From positions 240,001-272,000 of the forward strand of contig OY781871.1 of NCBI GenBank assembly GCA_963677105.1: a DNA stretch of 32,000 nt, in the 5' to 3' direction. Source of the stretch: Candidatus Saccharimonadota bacterium. GTDB taxonomy: Bacteria; Patescibacteriota; Gracilibacteria; UBA4473. Below, one piece after another: positions 1 to 8,798 of this stretch; position 1 is the stretch's first letter; each line of letters opens with the position of its first letter. The translations under genes were made by a program, and so were the position numbers. Below the pieces are notes generated by a model that was not told the DNA's origin, made no database searches, and was given only the letters and a program-made list of their open reading frames with translations.

Positions 1-1
1 G

Positions 2-2368
2 GTAATTTCGTGGGTTGTAGTAACGGCACTTTTTGTTGAAGAATTTGGCTTAAAAAACCTTTTATACTTATTTTCTATCGAAGCAGTATTACTTATCATA
101 AGTACAATATTTTCACATAAATTTTTGCGCGGAATATCGACAAATAAAATTATAAATTGTTCTGTAGGAGCTATTATCGCACTATTAATTGGATCTTTTT
201 GGATTAGTAAATCTGAAAATATTTATCTTTTGTTTGGATTTGCTCTGATTGCAAAAGATGTGTTTTATCCGCGATTACGCATGGGATTACTGAAAAACAC
301 AGAAGAACTTTTTACTCCAAAACAAGCAGAACGCGCCATTCCTATTACAGAATCTGCTCTTACTATTGGAACCGTAGCCGGAGCTGGATTTTTATTAACA
401 ATGATTCGATTTTGGCCAGAAGCAACAACACAAAATCTCTTTGCATGGTGGATTTTTCCACTTCTTTTAATTGTGACACTTTTAACACTTGAGCCTCGTC
501 TTTTATCTGAATTACCTGAACTTCATGAAAATCCTGAAGAAAAATATTATGAATCAAAAGACAGCACTTTTAAAAATGCTATTGACCTTTTTAAGAAAAT
601 ACCATTTTTACGAACACTCGCCATTCTTATTACTCTTCAATCCGCAGTATTTGCTATTGTTGAATTTGAAACGGTTTCTCATTTAGAACAGGAACTCCGT
701 CATACGGTAACGACTACTGAAATTTCGTTTTCACCATCCCATCTTTCTGCATCTCTTTTTCAAGATGTCAGCAAGGTTTCTAAAAAAATAATTCAAGTAA
801 CAAATAAAGAAATTCATGAAATTTCAAGTAAAGTTATTGCACACAATACGCTACTTCACGATTTATCAGCATTGAATCTCCTTTTTGGATTCATTGCATT
901 ATTTGTACATTTTATCATTTCTCCTTTGCTTCTTCGAAAACAAGGAATTATTCGCACTATGTTTAGTTATTTTGTAGGACTTTTCTTTATTCTCCCTGCA
1001 TTACTTATTGGTGGAAGTTGGTCAATTGCGGCTGTTCGTTCTTATGAACACGGATTTCATTCGCTTTTTTCTTCTGGATATCATCTCAGCTTTTACTCTA
1101 CTTTTTCAAAACAACGAGAATTCTTACGTCATTTTCTTGAAGGAATTATCGCTCCTTTAGGAGTACTTTTGGGAGTAGGTATTATTCTTTGTATAAATAT
1201 GTCTCATGGAACATTAATCCTTCCTCTCGTACTAACTATTCTTGTTGGAACACTTCTATTGATTACTCGACATATGGCTCCACAATATACAGAACTTGCT
1301 ATTAAAAATCTAAAACATTCAACTTCTCTTCGTGAAAAAATGCACGCCATAGAGATTCTTGGACAACGCGGACATAATTTACAGAACACAACTTCCGCTC
1401 TTTGTAACGTATTAAAAGACTCAGAAACACATCATATTCTTCGTGAAAAAATTATTCTCACATTACAAAAATCTCAATCAAAACATGTAATTCCTGAGTT
1501 TTCAAAAATTCTAGAACGAAAAAACGAAAACGATTCTATCAAGATAAATATTCTTGAAGCAATGCTTGAGTTTGAATCTCTGAAAAAATTTTGGGAATCA
1601 AATATGTTTTCTCAACATAAATTTCTCCAAGTACTCAATGCATTATTTGAACGAACTGAACATGAACATTTAAAGAAATTGATTGTTATGAATATATTTT
1701 CACATCTTCCTGCAGATAAAGTTGTACCGTTTTTCTTGAAAACAATGGAAACTGCTGATGATCATATCAAATCAATCTGTCTTCGTTCATGTGGAATGTT
1801 CAATGATCCAGATATTGTTTCATATGTAGAACCATATCTTCAAGACAAAAATGCTCGTATTCGAAGTCATGCACTTATTACTTTATGGAAATTTCAAGAG
1901 AAAAATTCTCTCCGAAAACATTTACATCAATTATTAGAACAAGACGATCATGAATCGATTATTGCTGGTATTTATACAATAGGAGAAGTCGGCGACCAGG
2001 AAAGTCACTCTTTTGCTTTGAATTTTTCAAATCACGAAAATATCGAATTACGATTACATGCACTTATCGCTCGAGCAAAACTAGAAGATAAAAACTCTTT
2101 TGAACCACTCATGAAAATATTATTTAGTGAAGATGAACTCATTGCACAGAAAGTATTCGGAATGTTAAAACGTATTCCAAATAAACTACGTGAAGAACTC
2201 TTCACTTATATGCAACGTGAAATAGCGCAACAAGTATGGAATATTGTTGGACATCACCCAAGGCTAGAAACCATTCAACAACTTTCTCCAAAAAAACGAA
2301 CGTATCTCCGTCGATTATATCTTTTCGCAAACAAACACGACGATATATTGGTATTAGAACAAGCATGA
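2..2368 (+). CDS. Polytopic membrane protein (MFS / nucleotide-transporter-like membrane region) fused to a C-terminal HEAT-type repeat domain; 5' end outside the window
   Basis: The frame of the 125..2368 ORF stays open back to base 2 (VISWVVVTALFVEEFGLKNLLYLFSIEAVLLIIS...), so the TTG at 125 is probably internal. The N-terminal two-thirds is a series of hydrophobic helices (AIIALLIGSFWI, LFAWWIFPLLLIVTLLTL, IRTMFSYFVGLFFILPALLIGG, IIAPLGVLLGVGIILCI, LILPLVLTILVGTLLLI). The C-terminal ~330 aa has repeated HEAT/PBS-lyase-like helical units (HAIEILGQRGH, DKNARIRSHALITLWKF, ELRLHALIARAKL). The family assignment is from pattern memory, not a search. Confidence 0.6.
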   Translation, partial: VISWVVVTALFVEEFGLKNLLYLFSIEAVLLIISTIFSHKFLRGISTNKIINCSVGAIIALLIGSFWISKSENIYLLFGFALIAKDVFYPRLRMGLLKNTEELFTPKQAERAIPITESALTIGTVAGAGFLLTMIRFWPEATTQNLFAWWIFPLLLIVTLLTLEPRLLSELPELHENPEEKYYESKDSTFKNAIDLFKKIPFLRTLAILITLQSAVFAIVEFETVSHLEQELRHTVTTTEISFSPSHLSASLFQDVSKVSKKIIQVTNKEIHEISSKVIAHNTLLHDLSALNLLFGFIALFVHFIISPLLLRKQGIIRTMFSYFVGLFFILPALLIGGSWSIAAVRSYEHGFHSLFSSGYHLSFYSTFSKQREFLRHFLEGIIAPLGVLLGVGIILCINMSHGTLILPLVLTILVGTLLLITRHMAPQYTELAIKNLKHSTSLREKMHAIEILGQRGHNLQNTTSALCNVLKDSETHHILREKIILTLQKSQSKHVIPEFSKILERKNENDSIKINILEAMLEFESLKKFWESNMFSQHKFLQVLNALFERTEHEHLKKLIVMNIFSHLPADKVVPFFLKTMETADDHIKSICLRSCGMFNDPDIVSYVEPYLQDKNARIRSHALITLWKFQEKNSLRKHLHQLLEQDDHESIIAGIYTIGEVGDQESHSFALNFSNHENIELRLHALIARAKLEDKNSFEPLMKILFSEDELIAQKVFGMLKRIPNKLREELFTYMQREIAQQVWNIVGHHPRLETIQQLSPKKRTYLRRLYLFANKHDDILVLEQA

Positions 2369-2467
2369 TTCAAATAACAACGTACAATTATCAAAGTTCA
2401 AACCATTAAACACTAAATACAAACTACAAAAAACATTTGTTCTTTGCACATTGAAATTTCACATTAG
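2369..2467. repeat. Intergenic repeat family, degenerate copy lacking the GC head
   Basis: It lies between convergent genes. It contains CAAATAACAA (2371..2380), TCAAAGTTCAAA, AAATACAAACTACAAA and TTGAAATTTCAC. Confidence 0.5.
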
Positions 2468-4942
2468 TTAGCTTCCGAACACTTCCATAGAAACCCACGC
2501 AAAACTGTCGTCTTCTGTTTCTTTACATCCATAATAATTTCCCCGTCCATTTGATCGAATTGAATATGTCATATCTCCAACATTGCTCGACGTACAAGTA
2601 ACACTACTTGGATATCCTGTCGTATCATTCGCTGTGGAAGCAACCAATCGAAGTTGTTTTACAATTGTATTTCCGTCTACGTCAACGACTAACGCATCAT
2701 CTGTTCCATCATTAATCACTAATGCATTCCCCAATCCTGAATTAATCAATTCAAATACATCTCCTGTTGCTGAGGCATTTGTTTGTGTCAATTGAAACAC
2801 ATCATTCGTTGCATGTGACCCATTAAATTTAATTGCATCCCCATCAATAGCAACCGTTCGTGAAGCTGCATCTGCATCTCCTGCATCATATGCCACATCT
2901 AATATCTGAGCTGTTGATGCAACCAAATCTGCACATATCCATTCACTACCATTCCATTTCATCACATCTCCATTAACACATCCTTTATCTGGCACTACAT
3001 TCGTCCATGACATCACTCCAGCATGTGTCGCTGTTAACGTCTGATATTTTCCCGTTCCATCTACTGCTGCATCATCTGGAAAATAAAGATTATAGCTCGA
3101 TGTAATAGAACTCGCTGGACGTAATCCAAGTTGTTTTCCATTCCCATCCATGAGTGTTATTGTTCCTGCATCATCAGCATCACCCAATATTAAATCTCCA
3201 TCTGAAACAGTTAAATCTCCTGCAATAGTAGAAACACCTGTTCCACTCGTAGTTAACGTTCCCGAAACAGTCAAATCTCCTGATGAAACAGCTAAATCTC
3301 CCGCTGACACCGTTAATCCTCCTGTAGTAACCGTGATTCCTGTGGCAACTGTTAAGTTTCCATCCATTGTCACATTTCCTGTAGAATCAGCTACCGAAAT
3401 ACCATTTGTACCCGTTGTTCCATGAATAATTTTGTTTCCATTTAATTTTAAAGCTTCTGTTGCCGTATGATCTCCTAAGTTATCTCCTGTAACAGTCAAA
3501 CTTCCTGGACTCATCCATGTTGGAACTCCTCCAGAAACTCCCAACACATACCCATCTGTTCCTCCTCCTGTACGCAAATCCGCACTTCCAATAAATCCCG
3601 CTGTAATTCTACCCGTATTATCTACTTCAAATTCAGGCAAATCCTTTTCTATCGCCGCTGTCCCATTCGTCGTTGTAATATCTTCTGTCACAACCACCGT
3701 TGTTCCTGATACTGATTTAACTACTCTAATTTCATCATCATCACTATTTAATCGAATTCTATCTCCAGGCTTAAGTTTTGCTGCCATAGTTCCACTCGCT
3801 GTAAATGTGTCTGAACCATTTGTAATATTTGCTGTTTCTGTAAATGGCGTATCCCAATCATCAGTTGAATCTGTCATTTGAATTAAAATCCCTGATCCTG
3901 TTTGTTGCCCCCAAAGTAAAGGGTTGGTTGTGTCAAACGATGCTATGTCCGCAGTATAAGCACCATCAGAATCAACAAATCCTCCTGTAGCAAATTCTGG
4001 AATTGCTGTTTCTGAACAAGCACATGTTCCTCCTCCAGACGCCGTTCCTGTAGAACCGTCTCCTGTACAAGTACCTGGAAAACCTGTCACATTCATAGAA
4101 CAAGATTCTCCTATTACTCCGTTACATCCTTCAGCTTCTTCTGTTTCAGTTGAACGAACAAAATAACCACTGTCACAAGCTAGCACTGCACAATTACTCG
4201 TTCGGTGAGTGTTTGTATTATTTCCTCCTCCCGTCAAATTATCTGTATCCTGACTTGTTGTTGATTCACATCCGCTTGCATCATCATCTGGAGTAGAAGT
4301 TGTTAACCCATTACAAGAAATATATCCCGAATCACAAACATAAGTACTACATGAAGTTCCGAAATGAGTATTCCCATGAATAGAATCCGTGTCAGTTACA
4401 TTCTTTTGAGATTCACAAGTATCATTATCACTATCCCCTCCACCATTCGCAACAGAACAGTTCATATACCCTGATAAACAGTTTGTGTCTGTATTCGCCA
4501 CTGAAGTAGCTGCCTCAGAACTTCCCGTACCCAAACATCTCGTTCCAATGTGATTTGTAGTATTGGCTGTATCCTGCATACAGTTCCAGTTATCTGGCGT
4601 GGTACCACTGTCCGACCCAATACAATCAAAATAATAACCTCCTCCTGCAACAGCATCCGTTGTATCTGTAGTTATTTGACCACTTGACGGAGCTGCTGCT
4701 CCGGAAACTCTACATGGATCATTGGAACCTGTATATGCAGTCAACACATTATTGGGAGCACAATCAAAACTTCCACCTGTTCCATAGTTCGCAAAACATT
4801 GATCTGTATCTGTAACGTACCTATATCCAGTTGTATAATATTGACCACCATATGTACCTGGATCACCATAATCAGCAAATACCGCATACGTTGGAACCAA
4901 CATTCCAACTAATGCAATAAATGATAATAGGCGTTTTTTCAT
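2468..4942 (-). CDS. Secreted Cys-rich / Thr-Gly-rich fibrous surface protein (tail-fibre-like), unknown function
   Basis: 824-aa ORF with a Sec-type signal peptide (MKKRLLSFIALVGMLVPTYAVFA). The N-terminal ~300 aa is Cys-rich with a recurring C-x-SGY-x-x-C motif (NCLSGYMNCS, VCDSGYISCNG, ACDSGYFVRS). The central region has short G-D-L-T-V-S type repeats (GLTVSAGDLAVSSGDLTVSGTLTTSGTGVSTIAGDLTVSDGDLILGD) typical of beta-helical fibres. Three copies of a hydrophobic-x-W motif are present (GYVLGVSGGVPTWMSP, AGVMSWTN, GDVMKWNGSEWICA). It starts 9 nt downstream of the stop of the 4952..5812 gene. Confidence 0.65.
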   Translation of the reverse strand: MKKRLLSFIALVGMLVPTYAVFADYGDPGTYGGQYYTTGYRYVTDTDQCFANYGTGGSFDCAPNNVLTAYTGSNDPCRVSGAAAPSSGQITTDTTDAVAGGGYYFDCIGSDSGTTPDNWNCMQDTANTTNHIGTRCLGTGSSEAATSVANTDTNCLSGYMNCSVANGGGDSDNDTCESQKNVTDTDSIHGNTHFGTSCSTYVCDSGYISCNGLTTSTPDDDASGCESTTSQDTDNLTGGGNNTNTHRTSNCAVLACDSGYFVRSTETEEAEGCNGVIGESCSMNVTGFPGTCTGDGSTGTASGGGTCACSETAIPEFATGGFVDSDGAYTADIASFDTTNPLLWGQQTGSGILIQMTDSTDDWDTPFTETANITNGSDTFTASGTMAAKLKPGDRIRLNSDDDEIRVVKSVSGTTVVVTEDITTTNGTAAIEKDLPEFEVDNTGRITAGFIGSADLRTGGGTDGYVLGVSGGVPTWMSPGSLTVTGDNLGDHTATEALKLNGNKIIHGTTGTNGISVADSTGNVTMDGNLTVATGITVTTGGLTVSAGDLAVSSGDLTVSGTLTTSGTGVSTIAGDLTVSDGDLILGDADDAGTITLMDGNGKQLGLRPASSITSSYNLYFPDDAAVDGTGKYQTLTATHAGVMSWTNVVPDKGCVNGDVMKWNGSEWICADLVASTAQILDVAYDAGDADAASRTVAIDGDAIKFNGSHATNDVFQLTQTNASATGDVFELINSGLGNALVINDGTDDALVVDVDGNTIVKQLRLVASTANDTTGYPSSVTCTSSNVGDMTYSIRSNGRGNYYGCKETEDDSFAWVSMEVFGS

Positions 4943-4951
4943 TATTTAGTA

Positions 4952-5812
4952 TTAAATACAACAAGAAATTTTAGTAAATGTAATACACGGTTGAGCAGAT
5001 CCAGAACCTCCGTCTGTAGTCAATTTCCAAATATTACCAACATAATGTGGGGATCCACTTCCTGCATTATACTTAAATCCATTACAATCGTTCACTAACT
5101 CAGTGGCAACATATTTTGCTCCTCCACCAGTAACCCATGCTTGTGTAACAACTGTAAAGGGATCAAATGCCGTTGGATTCGAACGAATTGTTAATACTAT
5201 TTCATCTTCACTACAAACATGTGCTCTCAAGTCACCTGTATCAACCTGACAAATAGCATTTGCTGCCTTATACCCCGTTAATGCTGGTCCACCATCTGCT
5301 TGATATGTTATTGATCCTTTTGTTTTTCCTGTCACATCAAGTGAAGATGTTCCCGATGCCCCTGTAATTGTTGTATATGTATCGCCATCAGTAACTCCAA
5401 CAAATCTCCCAACTCCCCCTCGTTCTACCTCGTTTAATATGTCCTCAGTATCTGTACAAGTAGCATCATCACAAATTTTATCCGTTGCAAGGATTCCTGG
5501 CGTACCAGAACCTCCAAGATCAAATGTAACATCATTGGTATCAACTGTACGAGGTGCTGCTCCCATACCGATACGATCTCCATTCATAAACATCCCTTTT
5601 ATGTATTTCCATATGTCATTAAAATCTAAAATAGAAAATCTGTCTCCTACTACTTTCGCCGTAGTAACATGATCTAACAACTGTTCTTGCGCAAAAACTG
5701 ACTCAACACTTATCACTGAAAAAAGAAGCGCAAAAGACATAAGTCCAATCACGTATCGTTTTTTACATTGTTTCATTTCGGGGGATTTTAAACTTTTCCT
5801 GTCACAGCACAT
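4952..5812 (-). CDS. Secreted protein of unknown function with a Cys-containing, possibly lectin-like C-terminal domain
   Basis: 286-aa ORF. A more likely start is the ATG at 5776, which gives MKQCKKRYVIGLMSFALLFSVISVESVFA, a classic signal peptide. The C-terminal ~120 aa (GYKAANAICQ...RAHVCSEDE...AWVTGGG...NDCNGF...PCITFTKISCCI) has conserved-looking Cys/Trp spacing. It is co-oriented and nearly contiguous with the 824-aa fibre gene. Confidence 0.6.
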   Translation of the reverse strand: MCCDRKSLKSPEMKQCKKRYVIGLMSFALLFSVISVESVFAQEQLLDHVTTAKVVGDRFSILDFNDIWKYIKGMFMNGDRIGMGAAPRTVDTNDVTFDLGGSGTPGILATDKICDDATCTDTEDILNEVERGGVGRFVGVTDGDTYTTITGASGTSSLDVTGKTKGSITYQADGGPALTGYKAANAICQVDTGDLRAHVCSEDEIVLTIRSNPTAFDPFTVVTQAWVTGGGAKYVATELVNDCNGFKYNAGSGSPHYVGNIWKLTTDGGSGSAQPCITFTKISCCI

Positions 5813-5936
5813 GATAAGTTTTAAACAAACACTTTGACAAGTAATTCAATAGAAAAGGACTTGCACTTTTATATACTAATTTCAATATATATATTTTTTA
5901 ACAAATTGTGCACAAATACAGGAAAGTTTTGCACAT

Positions 5937-5985
5937 TCGCTTTGCTCAAAACTTCAAATCACAAAGTACAAAGAACAAATAATTA
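5937..5985 (+). repeat. Intergenic repeat family copy (head TCGCTTTGCTC + A-rich tail)
   Basis: TCGCTTTGCTCAAAACTTCAAATCACAAAGTACAAAGAACAAATAATTA. It contains the core AAAGTACAAA at 5963..5972. Confidence 0.7.
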
Positions 5986-6110
5986 AATCAAAATTTCTAA
6001 TACGCACACAATAAAAAAAGAGACTCGAGCAAAATTCCCAAAAAGCAAGATACAATGTGTTTTGCGAGAAAGAGGAGCAATAGCGAAGCAGTGAAATTTT
6101 TTTGCCATGC

Positions 6111-6139
6111 AAAAAACGCAACAAGCAAAGCTTATTGCG
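6111..6139 (-). terminator. Intrinsic terminator immediately 3' of the tmRNA
   Basis: The minus strand reads CGCAA-T-AAGC-TTT-GCTT-G-TTGCG followed by TTTTTT. This is a 5+4 bp stem with one internal mismatch and a 3-nt loop, then a 6-T run, starting 3 nt after the CCA end. Confidence 0.6.
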
Positions 6140-6142
6140 ACG

Positions 6143-6547
6143 TGGTGGAGGTGGCGAGAATCGAACTCGCGTCCGAAGAGGAAATCAACAACCATCTACG
6201 TTCATAGTTTGATTTGAATACTGAGAAACTGAAAACCAAACAAAAACGAATCTCAGATGACGAAAAATGTCTGCTATTTGATCGTCAAGCAAATAACATG
6301 AGTCTCGGAAAGTTGGATGTGATATCCTTGAGACATTCAATCACACCACATACGAGCGAATCGCTCAAGTACGATTTGTTAAGTTAGGCGTAAGCATACG
6401 CAGGTCGCGCGAAGCGAGTTGCGAATAAACGTCCTAGTTTTCGAGTGTTTGCACTTGAAATTTACTGATCGGATCTACCGGCGGATTCAGCACGCCGTGA
6501 ACGCAAGTTGAGAATTTCGGGTCTCCCCGTCAAAACCTGGCACCCCC
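6143..6547 (-). ncRNA. ssrA: tmRNA (SsrA), one-piece, about 405 nt
   Basis: The minus strand begins GGGGGTGCCAGGTTTTGACGGGGAGACCCGAAA. It ends GCGAGTTCGATTCTCGCCACCTCCACCA, a T-arm with a TTCGATT loop. The 7-bp acceptor stem GGGGGTG/CACCTCC contains the G3:U70 alanine identity pair, followed by discriminator A and CCA. A candidate tag ORF starts at the GCA AAC resume codon, about 96 nt from the 5' end. Confidence 0.9.
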
Positions 6548-6600
6548 GTTTTGTTGAAGAACGTTGACACTCTGACCAAAATCAACATCTACGTCAACTC

Positions 6601-6647
6601 CATATTTGAACTTTGATATTTGAAAATTGAAGTTTTGAGCAAAGCGA
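6601..6647 (-). repeat. Intergenic repeat family copy, directly 3' of the rel stop codon
   Basis: The minus strand reads TCGCTTTGCTCAAAACTTCAATTTTCAAATATCAAAGTTCAAATATG. Its first 21 nt are identical to 5937..5957. Confidence 0.7.
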
Positions 6648-6653
6648 CTCAAC

Positions 6654-8669
6654 CTATGCCAAAAGTTCTGCATTTTTAACTCCTGATACTTCTAAAACCA
6701 AACTTAGTGCCTTTTCTAAAATAAACAAATCATTGGCTCCTAATTCAAAATGTAGAATAGCTCCATTTCCCCTTACTTTCTGAATCCGAACATCTAAGAC
6801 GTCAATATCTTTTTTATCAAAAATATCTGAACAATCATGAAGAATTCCTACCTGATGAGCGATATGTATTTTCATTTTTTGAACCACAAGAAAACGTGCT
6901 TCAAATATACGTGATGGATCTAGTCGAGATAATTCATCACACTGTGCATCATGAACCACGAACTGCAATCCTCGAGATTTATATGCCAATAACCGCTTTC
7001 CTTTGTCCGGATTACAGCATACAGCAAAACGATGCGCTAAATTAGATTCTCCTCCAATAATAAGTATCGGCACATTTTTTTTCGGTTTACGCGCTAAAAC
7101 AGACCTAATATTTTGTACTATTGAAGAGGATTTTTCTTTCTTCTCCTGTTTTTCAACAGGAAGCATTCCTTTTTTGCCTGATTTCCGTAATGCGATTAAA
7201 ATTTTGTGACGAGTAGCTGGAGACCGAACAAATGAGAGCCATTGCTCACTCGGAGATTTTCCCGGTTTTGTTAATATTTCAACAACATCCCCATTTTGTA
7301 ATAATTTACTAATAGGACGAATCACTCCATTTACTATTGCTCCATTACAAGTATTTCCTATATTCGTGTGAATAGCATAGGCAAAATCAACGGCCGTTGC
7401 TCCATGAGGTAACAATTTCACATCTCCTTTAGGAGTAAAAACATACACTCGTTCAGAAAAAATTGCTTGTGACACTTCCTCAAAAAATTTCTCTGCCTCT
7501 AATGGTTTATGACTTTGTAATTTTCGCGGCAACCATGAAGTTTTTGCCAAATATTCTTCATCAAAATCTGATTCTCCTTTCTTTTTATACGCCCAATGTG
7601 CAGCCGGTCCTGATTCAGCGTCAATATTCATTTGTTCCGTGCGAATCTGAACTTCCATAGGAATTCGTGATTGTCCCAGTCCTAAAACAGTGGTGTGTAA
7701 AGATTGATATCCATTTGGTTTTGGAATAGAAATATAATCTTTAAATCTTCCTAAAATCGGACGCCAATGTCCATGCACCATTCCCAGAACTCGATAACAA
7801 TCTTCTTTTGTTCGCACTAAAATACGGATTCCTAATATATCAAAAACTTCATCCACTCTTGCTAAATGCTTTCGTTTCATTTTACGATACACGGAATAAA
7901 TATTTTTTTCTCTTCCTGAAACGGAGATAATCTCATCTGAAATTCCTTCTTGCTGTACTACTTTTAAAATTTCACGACGCGACTGTTCTATATATTTAAT
8001 GCGAGTACGCTTTGTTTCACGGAATTCTGCTAATAACTGATTATGCTTTTCTGGCTCAAGCGCACGAAAACTCAAATCTTCTATTTCACTTTTAAAATTA
8101 AACAATCCCATTTGTTCTGCGATTGGCGCATATACTTCCAATGATTCTCGAGCAATACGTTCTTGTTTCTCTTTTCTTACGTAATCCAATGTACGAAGAT
8201 TGTGAATACGATCTGCAAGTTTTACAAAAATAACACGTATATCTTGCGCCATTGCTACGAAAAGTTTTTGAAAATTTTCGAACTTTTTCTGTTGAAAATC
8301 TCCTATTGACAGTTTAACTTTGGCAACTTTCTCTACTCCTTCACAAAGAAATCGAACACGATTTCCAAATATTGTTTCTATTTCATCTGCTGTTACCTCT
8401 GTATCTTCTATTACATCATGTAGCAAACATGCAACAATCGTTTCTACATCTGGTTTTATGGTAAGAAGTATTTTTGTAGCTTCAACCGGATGAACAAAAT
8501 ATTTTTCACCAGAAAATCGAAATTGATTTTTATGTGCGGATTTCGCAAATTCATATGCTTTGCGCACAATCTCCTCATCCGTTTTCAATAAACGAGGATG
8601 ATAATAGCTTGAAATCTGAGAAATAATATCCTCAAGATTCTTATCAAAGTCATAAGTCGGAGCACTCAT
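6654..8669 (-). CDS. rel: Bifunctional RelA/SpoT-family (p)ppGpp synthetase/hydrolase
   Basis: 671 aa. HD hydrolase motif: HPVEATKILL...LLHDVIEDT. Synthetase motifs: GREKNIYSVYRKMKRK, ILGIRILV, YQSLHTTV, EVQIRTEQM. TGS domain: VYVFTPKGDVKLLPHGATAVDFAYAIHTNIG. C-terminal ACT-like region. Confidence 0.92.
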   Translation of the reverse strand: MSAPTYDFDKNLEDIISQISSYYHPRLLKTDEEIVRKAYEFAKSAHKNQFRFSGEKYFVHPVEATKILLTIKPDVETIVACLLHDVIEDTEVTADEIETIFGNRVRFLCEGVEKVAKVKLSIGDFQQKKFENFQKLFVAMAQDIRVIFVKLADRIHNLRTLDYVRKEKQERIARESLEVYAPIAEQMGLFNFKSEIEDLSFRALEPEKHNQLLAEFRETKRTRIKYIEQSRREILKVVQQEGISDEIISVSGREKNIYSVYRKMKRKHLARVDEVFDILGIRILVRTKEDCYRVLGMVHGHWRPILGRFKDYISIPKPNGYQSLHTTVLGLGQSRIPMEVQIRTEQMNIDAESGPAAHWAYKKKGESDFDEEYLAKTSWLPRKLQSHKPLEAEKFFEEVSQAIFSERVYVFTPKGDVKLLPHGATAVDFAYAIHTNIGNTCNGAIVNGVIRPISKLLQNGDVVEILTKPGKSPSEQWLSFVRSPATRHKILIALRKSGKKGMLPVEKQEKKEKSSSIVQNIRSVLARKPKKNVPILIIGGESNLAHRFAVCCNPDKGKRLLAYKSRGLQFVVHDAQCDELSRLDPSRIFEARFLVVQKMKIHIAHQVGILHDCSDIFDKKDIDVLDVRIQKVRGNGAILHFELGANDLFILEKALSLVLEVSGVKNAELLA

Positions 8670-8739
8670 TGTGGAATTATTTTTGCAAATTTAACCACAA
8701 CTGTCGAGTTTTAAAACTATTAATATAATTATATATTTA

Positions 8740-8783
8740 TTTGTACTTTGTTATTTGTATTTTGATATTTGGAGCGTTAGCGA
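8740..8783 (-). repeat. Intergenic repeat family copy in the divergent rel / PBP promoter region
   Basis: The plus strand reads TTTGTACTTTGTTATTTGTATTTTGATATTTGGAGCGTTAGCGA. The 20-mer TTTGTACTTTGTTATTTGTA is identical to 11045..11064. Confidence 0.7.
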
Positions 8784-8798
8784 TTAAACTTTCACAGA

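Noticed and set aside
2468-5812. Prophage remnant, suggested by the tail-fibre-like protein
   Set aside because: There are no capsid, terminase, integrase, baseplate or lysis genes nearby. Both proteins carry Sec signal peptides, which fits cellular surface proteins better.
5834-5862. TTGACA on the plus strand as a promoter; it shares the 13-mer TTTGACAAGTAAT with 16867-16879
   Set aside because: No acceptable -10 follows at 16-18 nt (GGACTT), and there is no plus-strand gene downstream. The shared 13-mer may be chance or part of a minus-strand regulatory region, and I cannot support a call.
5983-6195. 70-aa minus-strand ORF from the track
   Set aside because: Its 5' part is the tmRNA T-arm/acceptor (…FDSRHLHH… = GAGTTCGATTCTCGCCACCTCCACCA). 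The rest runs through the tmRNA terminator and an A-rich spacer. It is a read-through artefact, not a gene.
6569-6597. Possible tmRNA promoter on the minus strand (TTGACG-N17-CAGAGT)
   Set aside because: The -35 is good but the -10 matches only 3 of 6 positions. It is too weak to report as a feature.
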